From NCBI GenBank assembly GCA_963769025.1, contig CAVYKI010000009.1:832001-896000 (forward strand): 64,000 nt of DNA, written 5' to 3'. Position numbers and translations under genes: made by a program. The notes beneath the pieces are model-generated. The model was not told the origin of the DNA and did no database searches. It worked only from the letters and a program-made list of their open reading frames with translations. This stretch comes from an uncultured Verrucomicrobiae bacterium (GTDB lineage Bacteria; Verrucomicrobiota; Verrucomicrobiia; Chthoniobacterales; Chthoniobacteraceae). Below, in pieces: positions 50,458-64,000 of the stretch. How positions within the stretch are numbered: the stretch's first letter is position 1; each line of letters opens with the position of its first letter.

Positions 50458-51879
50458 TTACTTGCCGTCGCCGTCCTCGGGGAGCGGCCGACCCTTGGTC
50501 TCCGGGAGGAACCACAGGGCGACAAGTCCGAGAAAGAAGACGCCACTGAGGTAGCACGCCGCATCGCGGAAGGCTTCAAGCTTGGCGGCGGCCTTTGCCG
50601 CGGCATCAGCGGTTTCGGGAAGTGCAAGCACGGCCTTGTCGCCGAGGAATTTTTGCAGCGCACCGAGCGTGAACGGGCCGGAGGCGGCGATGAAGCGGCC
50701 GACATTGTAGCAAAAGCTGGTGCCGGTGCTGCGGAGGCGTGTCGGGAAAAGTTCGGGCAGGTAGATGGCAAATCCGGCGAAGAGCCCGAGTTGGAAGAAG
50801 CCCATCACGGCGCTCATCCAGATGTCGCCCTTGCCGCTGAAATTCCTGAAGAAGAAAACCGTCGCTGCAAAGGCGAGCACGAATCCGGCGGCGAACGCCT
50901 TCTTGCGGCCAAAGGCGTGACAGGCCTTGCTGAAAACGATCATGCCCGCGAAGGCGCCGATGTTCTGGACGATGAGATTGTAGGAAATCCACCGCCCTTT
51001 TTCCGCCCCGAGGTCCGGCCCGCTGAGACCCTGGCCTTTCAGCGACGCCTCGATGGCAGGGCCGACGAGTTCCGGGCTGAAGAAGCCGACGCCCCAGAGC
51101 CCGACGACGCCTGCGATGCAAAGCACCATGCCGAGCAATGCGGGCGTCCTCCATCGCGCCTCGCCAAACATGTCGGAGTATGAGCCCATCTTCCTGCCAC
51201 CCACCGCGCGACTGGCGGCGCGGGCCTCGACCCACTTCTCGGGTTCCTTCAACCGGAGCATGATGAAGATGCAGAGAAACGCGGGGAGCGCGCCGATCCA
51301 GAAGAGGTATTTCCAAGACTGCGTGGGATCCATTTTGGCGACCGCCATCGCGCAAAGGCCGGCGGTGACGTTGCCGACCGCTGAGAGCGCCTGTAGGAGA
51401 CCGAGGGCTTTCGGACGCGCGGTTTCCGGAAGCGCATCCGCGACGAGCGCCACGGCGAGGCCAAAGACGCCACCGACGCCGAGTCCGGTGATGAATCGGT
51501 AAATGCAGAAATCAAAAATGCTTTGCGAGAATGCACTCAGGCCGGTGCACACGGAGTACAGCAGCACGGTGATGGCGAGCGTCCGCGCGCGCCCGATGCG
51601 GTCGCCGACAGAGCCGAAAATCAGCCCGCCCGTCGCCCAGCCCATGACGAAGATGGATGTGGCGTAACCGCCCCACTCCTTGACCTTCGCCGGATCGACC
51701 TTGCTGAAATCAATCCCGGCGTCTGAGGCGAGCAGCGTCTGGATGGCGTTGTTGCGCGCGAGGATGAAGAGCTGCTGGTCGAGGCAGTCGAAGAGCCATG
51801 CGGCTGAGGCGACGATGAAAACAAACCAGTGATAAGCGGTGAGCTGCTTCCACCAAGGGAGATCGGGGTTCTGGGACAT
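50458..51879 (-). CDS. MFS transporter (sialate/lactate:H+ symporter-like)
   Basis: GDRIGR, RFITGLGVGG, ELFPTRLRSTGTSFCYNVGR, LPETKG. Confidence 0.9.
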   Translation of the reverse strand: MSQNPDLPWWKQLTAYHWFVFIVASAAWLFDCLDQQLFILARNNAIQTLLASDAGIDFSKVDPAKVKEWGGYATSIFVMGWATGGLIFGSVGDRIGRARTLAITVLLYSVCTGLSAFSQSIFDFCIYRFITGLGVGGVFGLAVALVADALPETARPKALGLLQALSAVGNVTAGLCAMAVAKMDPTQSWKYLFWIGALPAFLCIFIMLRLKEPEKWVEARAASRAVGGRKMGSYSDMFGEARWRTPALLGMVLCIAGVVGLWGVGFFSPELVGPAIEASLKGQGLSGPDLGAEKGRWISYNLIVQNIGAFAGMIVFSKACHAFGRKKAFAAGFVLAFAATVFFFRNFSGKGDIWMSAVMGFFQLGLFAGFAIYLPELFPTRLRSTGTSFCYNVGRFIAASGPFTLGALQKFLGDKAVLALPETADAAAKAAAKLEAFRDAACYLSGVFFLGLVALWFLPETKGRPLPEDGDGK

Positions 51880-52104
51880 GACGGCGCGGAGAGTGACGAT
51901 GCACCTCGCGTGCGGCTAGGAAAAAGTCTGACGCCACGTTGTCGCGCGCATACGGGAAGCGGCGGCGCCAATGAGCGGAAGGCCGCTGGCGCTCTCGAAC
52001 ATCGGACCACGAAGACGGAACTGCGGAAAAAGTCCCCGTCATCTTCGCCCGAATATCCGTGCCGCGCGTTCGACGCTGAATCCGCCCGCCTCTTTCGTCG
52101 GTGG

Positions 52105-52983
52105 CTACTTCCGCTTGCCGCGCTTCGGGACCTTCAACGATTTGAACTTTCGCGTGAGGCTCGTGAGCGATTCCTCGATGCCCATCCGCTCCAGCGAAGT
52201 CGCGCCGACAAAGCCCACGGCATCCGTGTTTGCGATCACGCGCTCCGCGTCCTCCGGCGTGTTGATCGGCCCGCCGTGGCAGAGGAAAAAGATGTCCTTC
52301 CGCACCCGGCTCGCCGCATCAATGATCTCCTGCGTACGCTGGATCGTGAAGTCCCAGCTCTTCACCGCGCTCTTCACCCCGATGCTCCCGCCGACCGTTG
52401 TGCCGACGTGCGCGATGATCGCATCGGCGCCGGCCTTCGCCATTTCCACGGCCTCCTCGGGCGAGCCGACATAGACGATCGAGAAAAGATCCATGCGCCG
52501 CGCGAGCGCGACCATCTCGAATTCCTTCTTCACGCTCATGCCCGTTTCCTCGAGCACGCCGCGGAAATGCCCGTCCACGATCGTGTGCGTGGGGAAATTG
52601 TTCACGCCGGAGAAGCCCATCTCCTTCACCTTGCCGAGCCAATGCCACATGCGCCGACGCGGGTCGGTCGCATGGACGCCGCAAATCACCGGGCATTCCT
52701 CGACGACGGGCAGCACCTCGAATTCACCGATCTCCATCGCGATGGCGTTCGCGTCGCCGTAAGCCATCATGCCCGCCGTCGAGCCATGCCCCATCATGCG
52801 GAAGCGGCCGCTGTTATAAATGATGATGAGGTCCGCCCCGCCGCGCTCGATGAACTTCGCCGAGATGCCCGTGCCAGCGCCGCCGGCGATGATGGCGTTG
52901 CCTTTCTTCAGCGTCGCGCGCAGGCGTTCGCAGACTTCCTTGCGGGTGTAGGGGTTTCCTTTTCCAGTCCAGGGATTCGGCAT
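52105..52983 (-). CDS. Phosphoenolpyruvate hydrolase-like TIM-barrel protein
   Basis: GAGTGISAK, DLIIIYNSGRFRM.G, YGDAN, GVNNFPT, LEETGM, LCHGGPI, GATSLER. Confidence 0.9.
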   Translation of the reverse strand: MPNPWTGKGNPYTRKEVCERLRATLKKGNAIIAGGAGTGISAKFIERGGADLIIIYNSGRFRMMGHGSTAGMMAYGDANAIAMEIGEFEVLPVVEECPVICGVHATDPRRRMWHWLGKVKEMGFSGVNNFPTHTIVDGHFRGVLEETGMSVKKEFEMVALARRMDLFSIVYVGSPEEAVEMAKAGADAIIAHVGTTVGGSIGVKSAVKSWDFTIQRTQEIIDAASRVRKDIFFLCHGGPINTPEDAERVIANTDAVGFVGATSLERMGIEESLTSLTRKFKSLKVPKRGKRK

Positions 52984-53266
52984 GTGCGTGGGGTGGTTAG
53001 ATTTCGTTTCGGCTGAAAGCGCGACCCTAACGCACCGCCACGCAAAGTGGGAAGCGCACGAATGCACCTTTTGCTATCGGGGATGCACCGGCCGATGCTT
53101 GCACGGCCCGCGAGCATCCGGGGCAAGCGATTTGAAATCCCGCAGCAGCATGCGCGACCGCTTCATGCGGCACCGTTTCAGCCGTTCGAGGTTGCGTTGC
53201 AGTCGGACGACCTGCTTATCGGACTTAGGAATTCCGATTTCCGGCCCGGGGCAGCTAGCGGTTTCG

Positions 53267-53902
53267 CTACATTTCCTCGTATTTTTTTAACACGACCGCT
53301 CGGAGTGAAGACGTACCGTCCGCGGCGAACTGGACGGTTAGTTCGTAGTCGGCCAGGAAACGGCGGTCTTTACCATTGGCAACATCGCCGCCCCACCAGC
53401 CCCGGCCCGAAGCGGACAGGAGAAGCTTGTCCGCCGAGAGCCATTTTACGACCTGAAGACCTTCCGAGGCCCAATGAAATTTCAGCGCGGCAGCTTTTTT
53501 CACCTGTCTCCGCGCTGGCGGTTCAAAGATCGCAGCGTTGTCGTTTTGACACTGGCTGGGCAAGCTGAGTTGCCACACGGTCTTTTCGCCGACCGAAAAA
53601 ACCGAAACGGAGTTGGCATGGGTACCCAGGTTTTGGTCGATCGCCACGAGCTTGCTGTCCAGATTCCAAGCCGCCTCAATGAAGCGGGCCTTGGAATCGA
53701 AGGAGATGACCGGCGTGCTGGCGGGAAGTTCGCGGATTTCGACTTTGAATTTGTAGTAGCCCTGCCCTTGGCGAGCGTGGACGCAAAAGCGCCCGTTCGG
53801 CGACACGCTCGTGTAGGTCTCCCCTCCCGAGCGTCCAGATTCTGCCGCAGAGAGAAACGCAGCCAAGGCGAGTAGGAGAGCAAGCGATCGGGTTGGTTTC
53901 AC
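53267..53902 (-). CDS. Secreted hypothetical protein (beta-rich; lower GC than neighbours)
   Basis: Signal peptide, SPNGRF and WNLDSK beta-propeller-like turns; GTG start. Confidence 0.6.
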   Translation of the reverse strand: MKPTRSLALLLALAAFLSAAESGRSGGETYTSVSPNGRFCVHARQGQGYYKFKVEIRELPASTPVISFDSKARFIEAAWNLDSKLVAIDQNLGTHANSVSVFSVGEKTVWQLSLPSQCQNDNAAIFEPPARRQVKKAAALKFHWASEGLQVVKWLSADKLLLSASGRGWWGGDVANGKDRRFLADYELTVQFAADGTSSLRAVVLKKYEEM

Positions 53903-54027
53903 GACTCACAATGGCACTGGGACGAATCCATGGCGCGGGCTTTTCTTCTCGTGGATTATGCCGAGATGAGCGTGAGCACATCGGCAGTCAGGCATCCGTT
54001 CGCATTATCTCGAATCAACGAGCGCCC

Positions 54028-54915
54028 TCACTTTACCCACCCGTGCTGCTGTAGCCAGAAGACGAGGTCCTTGCCCCAAGGATGCACATCATCGGCTGGG
54101 ACGCCGTTTTTGCCCTGGCTGAGGCCAATGCCGTGCGGGCCTCTTTCATAGACGTGGAAGTCGAATGCGATGCCGTTCTTCCGCAGCGCCTGCACAAAAC
54201 GGAAGCTGTTCTCCGGCAGCACGGCCTTGTCCTCGCCGGTCGTCCAGACGAAGCACGGCGGCGTTTCCTTGGTCACCTGCTTGTCGTTGGAAAGCAGTTC
54301 GACGAGCTTCGGATCGGGCTCGGCGCCGAGGAGGTTTTTCTTCGATCCGCCGTGCGTCACTCCGTCCTCCATGCTGATGACTCCGTAGCAGATCACACCG
54401 AAGTCCGGGCGGCAGCTCGCGCGATCCACAGAATCCGTCGCGTCGGATTTTCCAGCATCGAAATGCGTGACGGAAGTCGTCGCCAGATGTCCGCCCGCGC
54501 TGCTGCCCATCACGCCGATGCGCGCGGGGTCCACGCTCCACTTGCTGGCATTCGCGCGCACGAAACGAATCGCGCGCTGCACGTCGTGCATCATCACGGG
54601 ATGCCGGTAGCCCTTCGAGCCGAGACGGTATTTCAGCACGAAACACGTGACGCCTTTTCCTGAAAGATACTCCGCGTAACCCGCGCCTTCATGCCCTGCG
54701 AGACCACCGTAGCCGCCGCCTGGGCAGATGACGATCGCGGTGCCATTTGACGTGCCCGCCGCTGGAAGAAACGGCGTGAGCGTCGGGATGTCCGTGTCCG
54801 CCTTTCCAAGAGCGCCGGGCGCGTCGCCTTCCCAAAGGCGGATAGGTTCGCCAGGCTGCGAGGCGGCAAATACTGCGCTGGTAAGGACGGTGAGGAGGAG
54901 GGTGGGGAGTTTCAT
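54028..54915 (-). CDS. Secreted alpha/beta hydrolase (carbohydrate esterase-like)
   Basis: ICPGGGY, DVQRAIR, GSSAGGH nucleophile elbow, D..V, GPHG. Confidence 0.9.
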   Translation of the reverse strand: MKLPTLLLTVLTSAVFAASQPGEPIRLWEGDAPGALGKADTDIPTLTPFLPAAGTSNGTAIVICPGGGYGGLAGHEGAGYAEYLSGKGVTCFVLKYRLGSKGYRHPVMMHDVQRAIRFVRANASKWSVDPARIGVMGSSAGGHLATTSVTHFDAGKSDATDSVDRASCRPDFGVICYGVISMEDGVTHGGSKKNLLGAEPDPKLVELLSNDKQVTKETPPCFVWTTGEDKAVLPENSFRFVQALRKNGIAFDFHVYERGPHGIGLSQGKNGVPADDVHPWGKDLVFWLQQHGWVK

Positions 54916-55083
54916 GTCGTTGTGGTTGGAGGAGGGCCGCGCTGGCGGCCGCGCAGTTGTAACGAGCAGGAGCGCGCGGGCTTTCCCAGAAAAAAGATGC
55001 GCAGACTGCCCCTGCCCGCGGCGGATACCGACGAATTGAACGCGATCGAACGACTGCAACTCCGCCACGTATGCGGAATCCTT

Positions 55084-55112
55084 TTGCTCCGCGCTCCCCT
55101 CTCCTGCACGCT
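55084..55112 (+). promoter_or_regulatory. Candidate leaderless promoter for coaD
   Basis: TTGCTC-N17-CACGCT, 6 nt before GTG 55119. Confidence 0.4.
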
Positions 55113-55118
55113 GCCGCC

Positions 55119-55598
55119 GTGAAACGCGCCATCTACGCAGGCTCATTCGATCCGATCACCAACGGCCATCTCGACGTGCTCACACGTGCGGCGCGGGTCT
55201 TCGAGCAGGTCGTCCTCGCCGTCGCAGTGAATTCGGAGAAGAAGGGCCTCTTCGCAACGGACGAGCGCGTCGCGCTGCTGAAGGAAACCGTCGCCTCGCT
55301 GCCGAACGTCCGGGTGACGCATTTTGAAGGACTGCTCGTCGAATTTGCGCGGATCGAGAAGGCCAGCGCCATCATCCGCGGCCTGCGCGCCGTGAGCGAC
55401 TTCGAGTTCGAGTTCCAGATGGCGCTGATGAACCGACGGCTGGAGCCCGCGCTGGAGACGCTCTTCCTCATGCCGAAGGAGGAATACAGCTACGTGAGTT
55501 CGCGCCTCGTAAAGGAAGTCGCGCGGCTCGGCGGCGATGTCGCAGCGTTCGTTCCGCCATGCGTGGTGCGTGCGCTGAAGGCGAAATTTTCCCGCTGA
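55119..55598 (+). CDS. coaD: Phosphopantetheine adenylyltransferase
   Basis: YAGSFDPITNGH, RGLRAVSDFEFE, SSRLVKE. Confidence 0.97.
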   Translation: MKRAIYAGSFDPITNGHLDVLTRAARVFEQVVLAVAVNSEKKGLFATDERVALLKETVASLPNVRVTHFEGLLVEFARIEKASAIIRGLRAVSDFEFEFQMALMNRRLEPALETLFLMPKEEYSYVSSRLVKEVARLGGDVAAFVPPCVVRALKAKFSR

Positions 55599-55612
55599 AA
55601 CGCGGCGTCCGT

Positions 55613-55640
55613 TTGCAATCCGACAGCGTCCGGCTAGGCT
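55613..55640 (+). promoter_or_regulatory. Sigma70-like promoter for yceD-rpmF
   Basis: TTGCAA-N16-TAGGCT, 9 nt before ATG 55650. Confidence 0.5.
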
Positions 55641-55649
55641 GAAACGACA

Positions 55650-56101
55650 ATGAAGGTTCATGTCTTACAAATCCCCGAGGAGGGAACGCACTATCGAAGG
55701 CGAGGAGCCGTCCGACATTCTCGAACTCGACAGTGATCGCGCCCGTGCCACCGGTCCGATTGCATACGCGCTGGATGTCGGCCTGAGCGACGGCGGGCTG
55801 TTCGCGACCGGCACGCTGTCCGTCGGCATCGAGTGCCAGTGCGTGCGCTGCCTTGAAAAATTCGCGCGCTCGCTGGACGTGGATGACTTCGCCTGCCAGG
55901 TGGAACTCGAAGGACGCGAGATGGTGGACTTGACAGAGTCACGTGAGGGAGGACATTCTCCTCGCCCTTCCGGCCCATCCGCATTGCGACTGGGATGGCG
56001 AAAAGGTCTGCAAAGCCCAGTTCCGCGACGCACCCAGCGAAGCAGAGCCACTCGAAGACCCTCGCGATACTTGGAAGGGCCTCGATCAACTCAAACTTTA
56101 A
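55650..56101 (+). CDS. YceD/DUF177 family protein (apparent indels near 55690 and 55945)
   Basis: MKVHVLQIPEEG, CVRCLE, VDLTE, then EDILLALPAHPHC..C..W..LDQLKL; directly upstream of rpmF. Confidence 0.82.
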
Positions 56102-56113
56102 CCACCACCAATC

Positions 56114-56296
56114 ATGGGAGTCCCAAAACGTAGAAAATCAAAGATGCGTCTTCGCACGCACAAGGCATCACTCCGCTGGCACGCGCCGCTGCTCAACAAG
56201 TGCGGCCAGTGCGGCAGCACCATCCGCTCGCACCGTGCGTGCCCGGCTTGCGGCTACTACGCCGGACGCCAGGTCCTCACGATCGCCGGAGCCTAA
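56114..56296 (+). CDS. rpmF: 50S ribosomal protein L32 (Zn-ribbon form)
   Basis: MGVPKRRKSK, CGQCG, HRACPACGYY.GR. Confidence 0.96.
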   Translation: MGVPKRRKSKMRLRTHKASLRWHAPLLNKCGQCGSTIRSHRACPACGYYAGRQVLTIAGA

Positions 56297-56315
56297 GTCT
56301 CCTTGGAGAAGTTTT

Positions 56316-56359
56316 TTCAGCCGCCCCGCTCACTTGCGCGGGCGGCTGAATCGTTTTTT
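56316..56359 (+). terminator. Hairpin/terminator between rpmF and plsX
   Basis: TTCAGCCGCCC...GGGCGGCTGAA followed by TCGTTTTTT. Confidence 0.62.
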
Positions 56360-56412
56360 GCCTTGCCGAAAAACGGCCCGCACTCTCAGGTCAGGCAACC
56401 CACCTTGACCCG

Positions 56413-57459
56413 ATGAAGATTGCACTCGATGCAATGGGCGGCGACCACGCCCCTGAGAACATCGTCCACGGCGCCGTGCTCGCGCTGCGTTCCTACCCGC
56501 ACATCTCTCGGCTTTTTCTCACCGGCGACGCAGCGCGCGTGGAGGCGGAATTGAAAAAGCACGGCTGCAACGACGGACGCATCGAGATCGTCCACACCAC
56601 GCAGATCGTGGACATGTCCGACAGCGGCCTCGATGCGGTGCGCAAGAAGAAGGACAGTTCCATTTCGCGCGCCGTCGATCTGGTGAAGGACGGCAAGGCG
56701 CAGGCCGTCGTCAGCGCAGGCCACACCGGAGCGGCCGTCACCGCGTCGCTCGATCAAACTGCGCACGCTCCCCGGCATGGACCGCCCGGCCATCGCGGCC
56801 ATCATGCCGTCGCTCACGAGGCATTGGGTCCTCATCGATGCCGGGGCGAATCCCGACGCGGAGCCTCGCACCTCGTCCAGAACGCCATCATGGGCGCCGC
56901 CTACGCGCGCCACGTCCTCGGCCGGCCGAATCCCGAAATCGGCCTCATGTCCAACGGCACCGAGGAGGAAAAGGGCAACGCGCTTACGCAAGGAAACGCG
57001 GACGCTCATCCGCAACGCCGGGGCGCGACTCAATTTCCGCGGCAACGTCGAAGGGCACGACATCTGGCACGATCCGCCGGATGTCGTCGTCACCGACGGC
57101 TTCACCGGCAACATCCTGCTGAAAACCAGCGAGGCACTTGCCCATGCCATTTTCGACATGGTGAAGACCGAAATCCGCGCAGGACTCCGGACAAAGATCG
57201 GCGGCCTGCTCGCCAAGCCGGCTTTCAAGCGCGTCCACAAAAAGACCAACGCCGACGAATACGGCGGCATGCCGCTGCTCGGACGTCAACGGCATCACCA
57301 TCATCTCCCACGGCGGCGCTTCCGCCGGTCGCCATCAAGAACGCCCTCCGCATGGCCTGCGAGAGCATCCGCCACGAGGTGAATCCCCACATCGTCGAGG
57401 CCATCAAGACTCACCATGACTCCACCACTGCATCCCCGCACGCGAACGCACCTGCCTAA
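56413..57459 (+). CDS. plsX: Phosphate acyltransferase PlsX (multiple apparent indels)
   Basis: [59 protein letters not shown]. Confidence 0.93.
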   Translation: MKIALDAMGGDHAPENIVHGAVLALRSYPHISRLFLTGDAARVEAELKKHGCNDGRIEIVHTTQIVDMSDSGLDAVRKKKDSSISRAVDLVKDGKAQAVVSAGHTGAAVTASLDQTAHAPRHGPPGHRGHHAVAHEALGPHRCRGESRRGASHLVQNAIMGAAYARHVLGRPNPEIGLMSNGTEEEKGNALTQGNADAHPQRRGATQFPRQRRRARHLARSAGCRRHRRLHRQHPAENQRGTCPCHFRHGEDRNPRRTPDKDRRPARQAGFQARPQKDQRRRIRRHAAARTSTASPSSPTAALPPVAIKNALRMACESIRHEVNPHIVEAIKTHHDSTTASPHANAPA

Positions 57460-58443
57460 GCGCACCGTCTCGATCATCGGCACCGGCAGCTACCTTCCCG
57501 AAAAGGTCGCTGACCAATGCCGAACTGGAAAAGATGGTCGAGACGTCCGACGACTGGATCATCAGCCGCACCGGCATCAAGGAGCGCCGCATCGCCGCCG
57601 CCGGCGAATACACCAGCGACCTCGCCGCGAATGCGGCACAGGCCGCGATCGAGAACGCGGGCATCAATCCGGACGAAATCGATCTGATCATCGTCGCGAC
57701 CATCACGCCGGACATGTTCTTGCCGAGCACCGCATGCTTCGTGCAGACGAAGATCGGCGCGACCAAGGCCGCCTGCTTCGACATCAGCGCAGCCTGCTCC
57801 GGCTTTCTCTACGCCATCGAAATCGCGCAGCAGTTCATCACCACGCCACACCTTCAACACCATCCTCGTCATCGGCGCGGACAAGCTTTCGAGCATCGTG
57901 GATTGGAAGGATCGCAACACCTGCGTGCTCTTCGGCGACGGCGCCGGTGCGGCGATCCTGCGCCATCGCGCGCACGGCCACGGCGTCATCGCCACACGCA
58001 TGGGGAGCAACGGCGAACTTGCGGAGATTCTCTACATCCCCGGCGGCGGCTCCGCGTGCCCCATCACCCCGGACAACGCCGACCAGAATCTCGCAACGCA
58101 TCCGGATGAAGGGCAACGAGACCTTCAAATATGCCGTCAACGCCATGCTGGACAGCGCGCGCCAGGTCCTCGACGACGCCGGTCTCGAATCCCGAGGACC
58201 TCACGTGCATCATCCCGCATCAGGCAAATCTGCGCATCATCAACGCCGTCGCCGAGCGCCTCGAACTTCCGACTGGACCGCTTCATGGTGAATCTCGACC
58301 GCTTCGGAAACACCAGCGCCGCCGCCGTCGCCATCGCGCTCGACGAAGCCAATCGCACCGGGCGCATGAAAGTCGGCGACTACGTGCTGCTCGTCGTCTT
58401 CGGCGGCGGGCTCACCTGGGCAAGTTCCGTCATCCAGTGGTAG
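57416..58443 (+). CDS. fabH: Beta-ketoacyl-ACP synthase III (multiple apparent indels)
   Basis: [54 protein letters not shown]. Confidence 0.95.
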
Positions 58444-58464
58444 GGCGCTTTCGCTGAAAGCGCC
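58440..58464 (+). repeat. GTAG-headed perfect palindrome (REP-like) overlapping the fabH stop
   Basis: GTAG GGCGCTTTC gct GAAAGCGCC. Confidence 0.55.
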
Positions 58465-58518
58465 CCACGCTGCGTTCATTGACACCGTCAGGCTACCACA
58501 CCTGAAGCCCCTCGCCTT

Positions 58519-59298
58519 CTGCTCACAGACACTCACGCCCATCTGGACTATCCGGAATTCCAAGCGGACTTCCCCGGAGTCCTCGCGCGCGCCAACTCCG
58601 CAGATGTCACACGCTTTGTCGCAATTGGCACAGGTGTCGAGAGCAGCGCTAAAGTCACTAACTTAGCGGAACAATGGCCTCAAGTATTTGCAGTCGTTGG
58701 TGTTCACCCAAATAATGTCACTGAAGCAATCCCTGATTTCATTCCTACCCTCCGTGACATCGCAACGAACCGCCGAGTCGTAGCAATCGGCGAGACAGGC
58801 CTCGATTACTTCCGGATCGCCAAGGACAATTTCGCCGCCCGCATCGCACAAGCGGCCGCATTTCGCGCGCAGCTCGACCTCGCAACGGAGCTCGGGCTGC
58901 CCGTCGTCATCCACGAACGCGCCGCATGGGACGATACGCTCGCAATCCTCCGCGAATACACCGACCGCGTTCGCGCAGTTTTCCACTGCTTCGGAAAATC
59001 CCCCGACCATGCCCGCGAAGTCCTCGCCTTGGGGCACCTCGTCAGTTTCACCGGAATCGTCACTTTCAAGAACGCCCCCGAAGCCCAGGCCAGCGCGGCA
59101 AGCCTCCCACTCGATTCATTCATGCTGGAAACAGACTGCCCCTATCTCGCACCGGTCCCGCATCGCGGGAAGCGATGCGAACCGGCGTTCGTCCGGCACA
59201 CTGCCGAGCACATCGCCGCGCTACGCGGGATATCGCTCACCTACCTCGCCGAGGCGACGGAGGCCAATGCGAATCGCTTCTTCCGCTTTCCTTCGTAG
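58519..59298 (+). CDS. tatD: TatD family hydrolase; apparent CTG start (only the C-terminal third is in the ORF track)
   Basis: Unbroken frame LTDTHAHLD, GVHP, AIGETGLDY, VIHER, VFHCF, ETDCPYLAP.P.RGKR.EP; in-frame TGA at 58480 upstream. Confidence 0.92.
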   Translation: MLTDTHAHLDYPEFQADFPGVLARANSADVTRFVAIGTGVESSAKVTNLAEQWPQVFAVVGVHPNNVTEAIPDFIPTLRDIATNRRVVAIGETGLDYFRIAKDNFAARIAQAAAFRAQLDLATELGLPVVIHERAAWDDTLAILREYTDRVRAVFHCFGKSPDHAREVLALGHLVSFTGIVTFKNAPEAQASAASLPLDSFMLETDCPYLAPVPHRGKRCEPAFVRHTAEHIAALRGISLTYLAEATEANANRFFRFPS

Positions 59299-59318
59299 CC
59301 ACACTCGGCAGAGCGCGG
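59295..59318 (+). repeat. GTAG-headed imperfect palindrome (REP-like) overlapping the tatD stop
   Basis: GTAG CCACACTC ggca GAGCGCGG (two mismatches). Confidence 0.42.
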
Positions 59319-59384
59319 GACGGCAAACCAACCGCGACGAAATGATCAGGCAGCAGCCCCTCGAGTGTGGCAACCGGGCAACGA

Positions 59385-61957
<2,573 letters not shown>

Positions 61958-61996
61958 CGGCTGTTCGGAACTCGGGAAATTTTTTGACTGATTTGC

Positions 61997-64000
<2,004 letters not shown>

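Noticed and set aside
51880..52104. Riboswitch or ncRNA in the larger intergenic gaps (also 18544-18698, 34255-34420, 53040-53266)
   Set aside because: No recognisable conserved cores by eye; an Rfam covariance search would be needed

Overview
A GC-rich (roughly two-thirds G+C) bacterial chromosome segment, most likely Verrucomicrobiota of the Chthoniobacter/Spartobacteria type, judged from a Verru_Chthon cassette A protein, a PTPDL-like protein and DUF1501 and DUF1549/DUF1553 proteins. It mixes housekeeping blocks (prs-rplY-pth-rpsF-ssb; ridA-pyrE-secA; dksA-like-rpmG-rpsR; ybeY-clpS; ilvD; hisB-hisH; coaD-yceD-rpmF-plsX-fabH-tatD; gyrB-gyrA) with lineage-typical accessory genes. These include a flavin halogenase, a QW-repeat/CxxCH protein, a TMTC-like glycosyltransferase, a CbiX-like/DR2241-like/deaminase operon, a uronate/deoxysugar cluster, MFS transporters and planctomycete-type cytochrome c/DUF1501 genes. 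I recognised no tRNA, rRNA, CRISPR array, phage or transposase. Many genes, including essential ones, are broken by single-base indels clustered in patches, which I read as sequencing or polishing artefacts. Best leads: an alkaline-phosphatase homologue lacking almost all catalytic residues; the coupled CbiX-like + 4-Cys DR2241-like + deaminase operon; a 34-aa basic ORF resembling a ribosomal peptide; a trio of zinc-ligand-poor dksA/L33/S18 genes; an orphan vccA; and a tatD with no canonical start, an AT-rich codon patch and GTAG palindromes at both ends. All family assignments come from motif recognition by eye, not from database searches.
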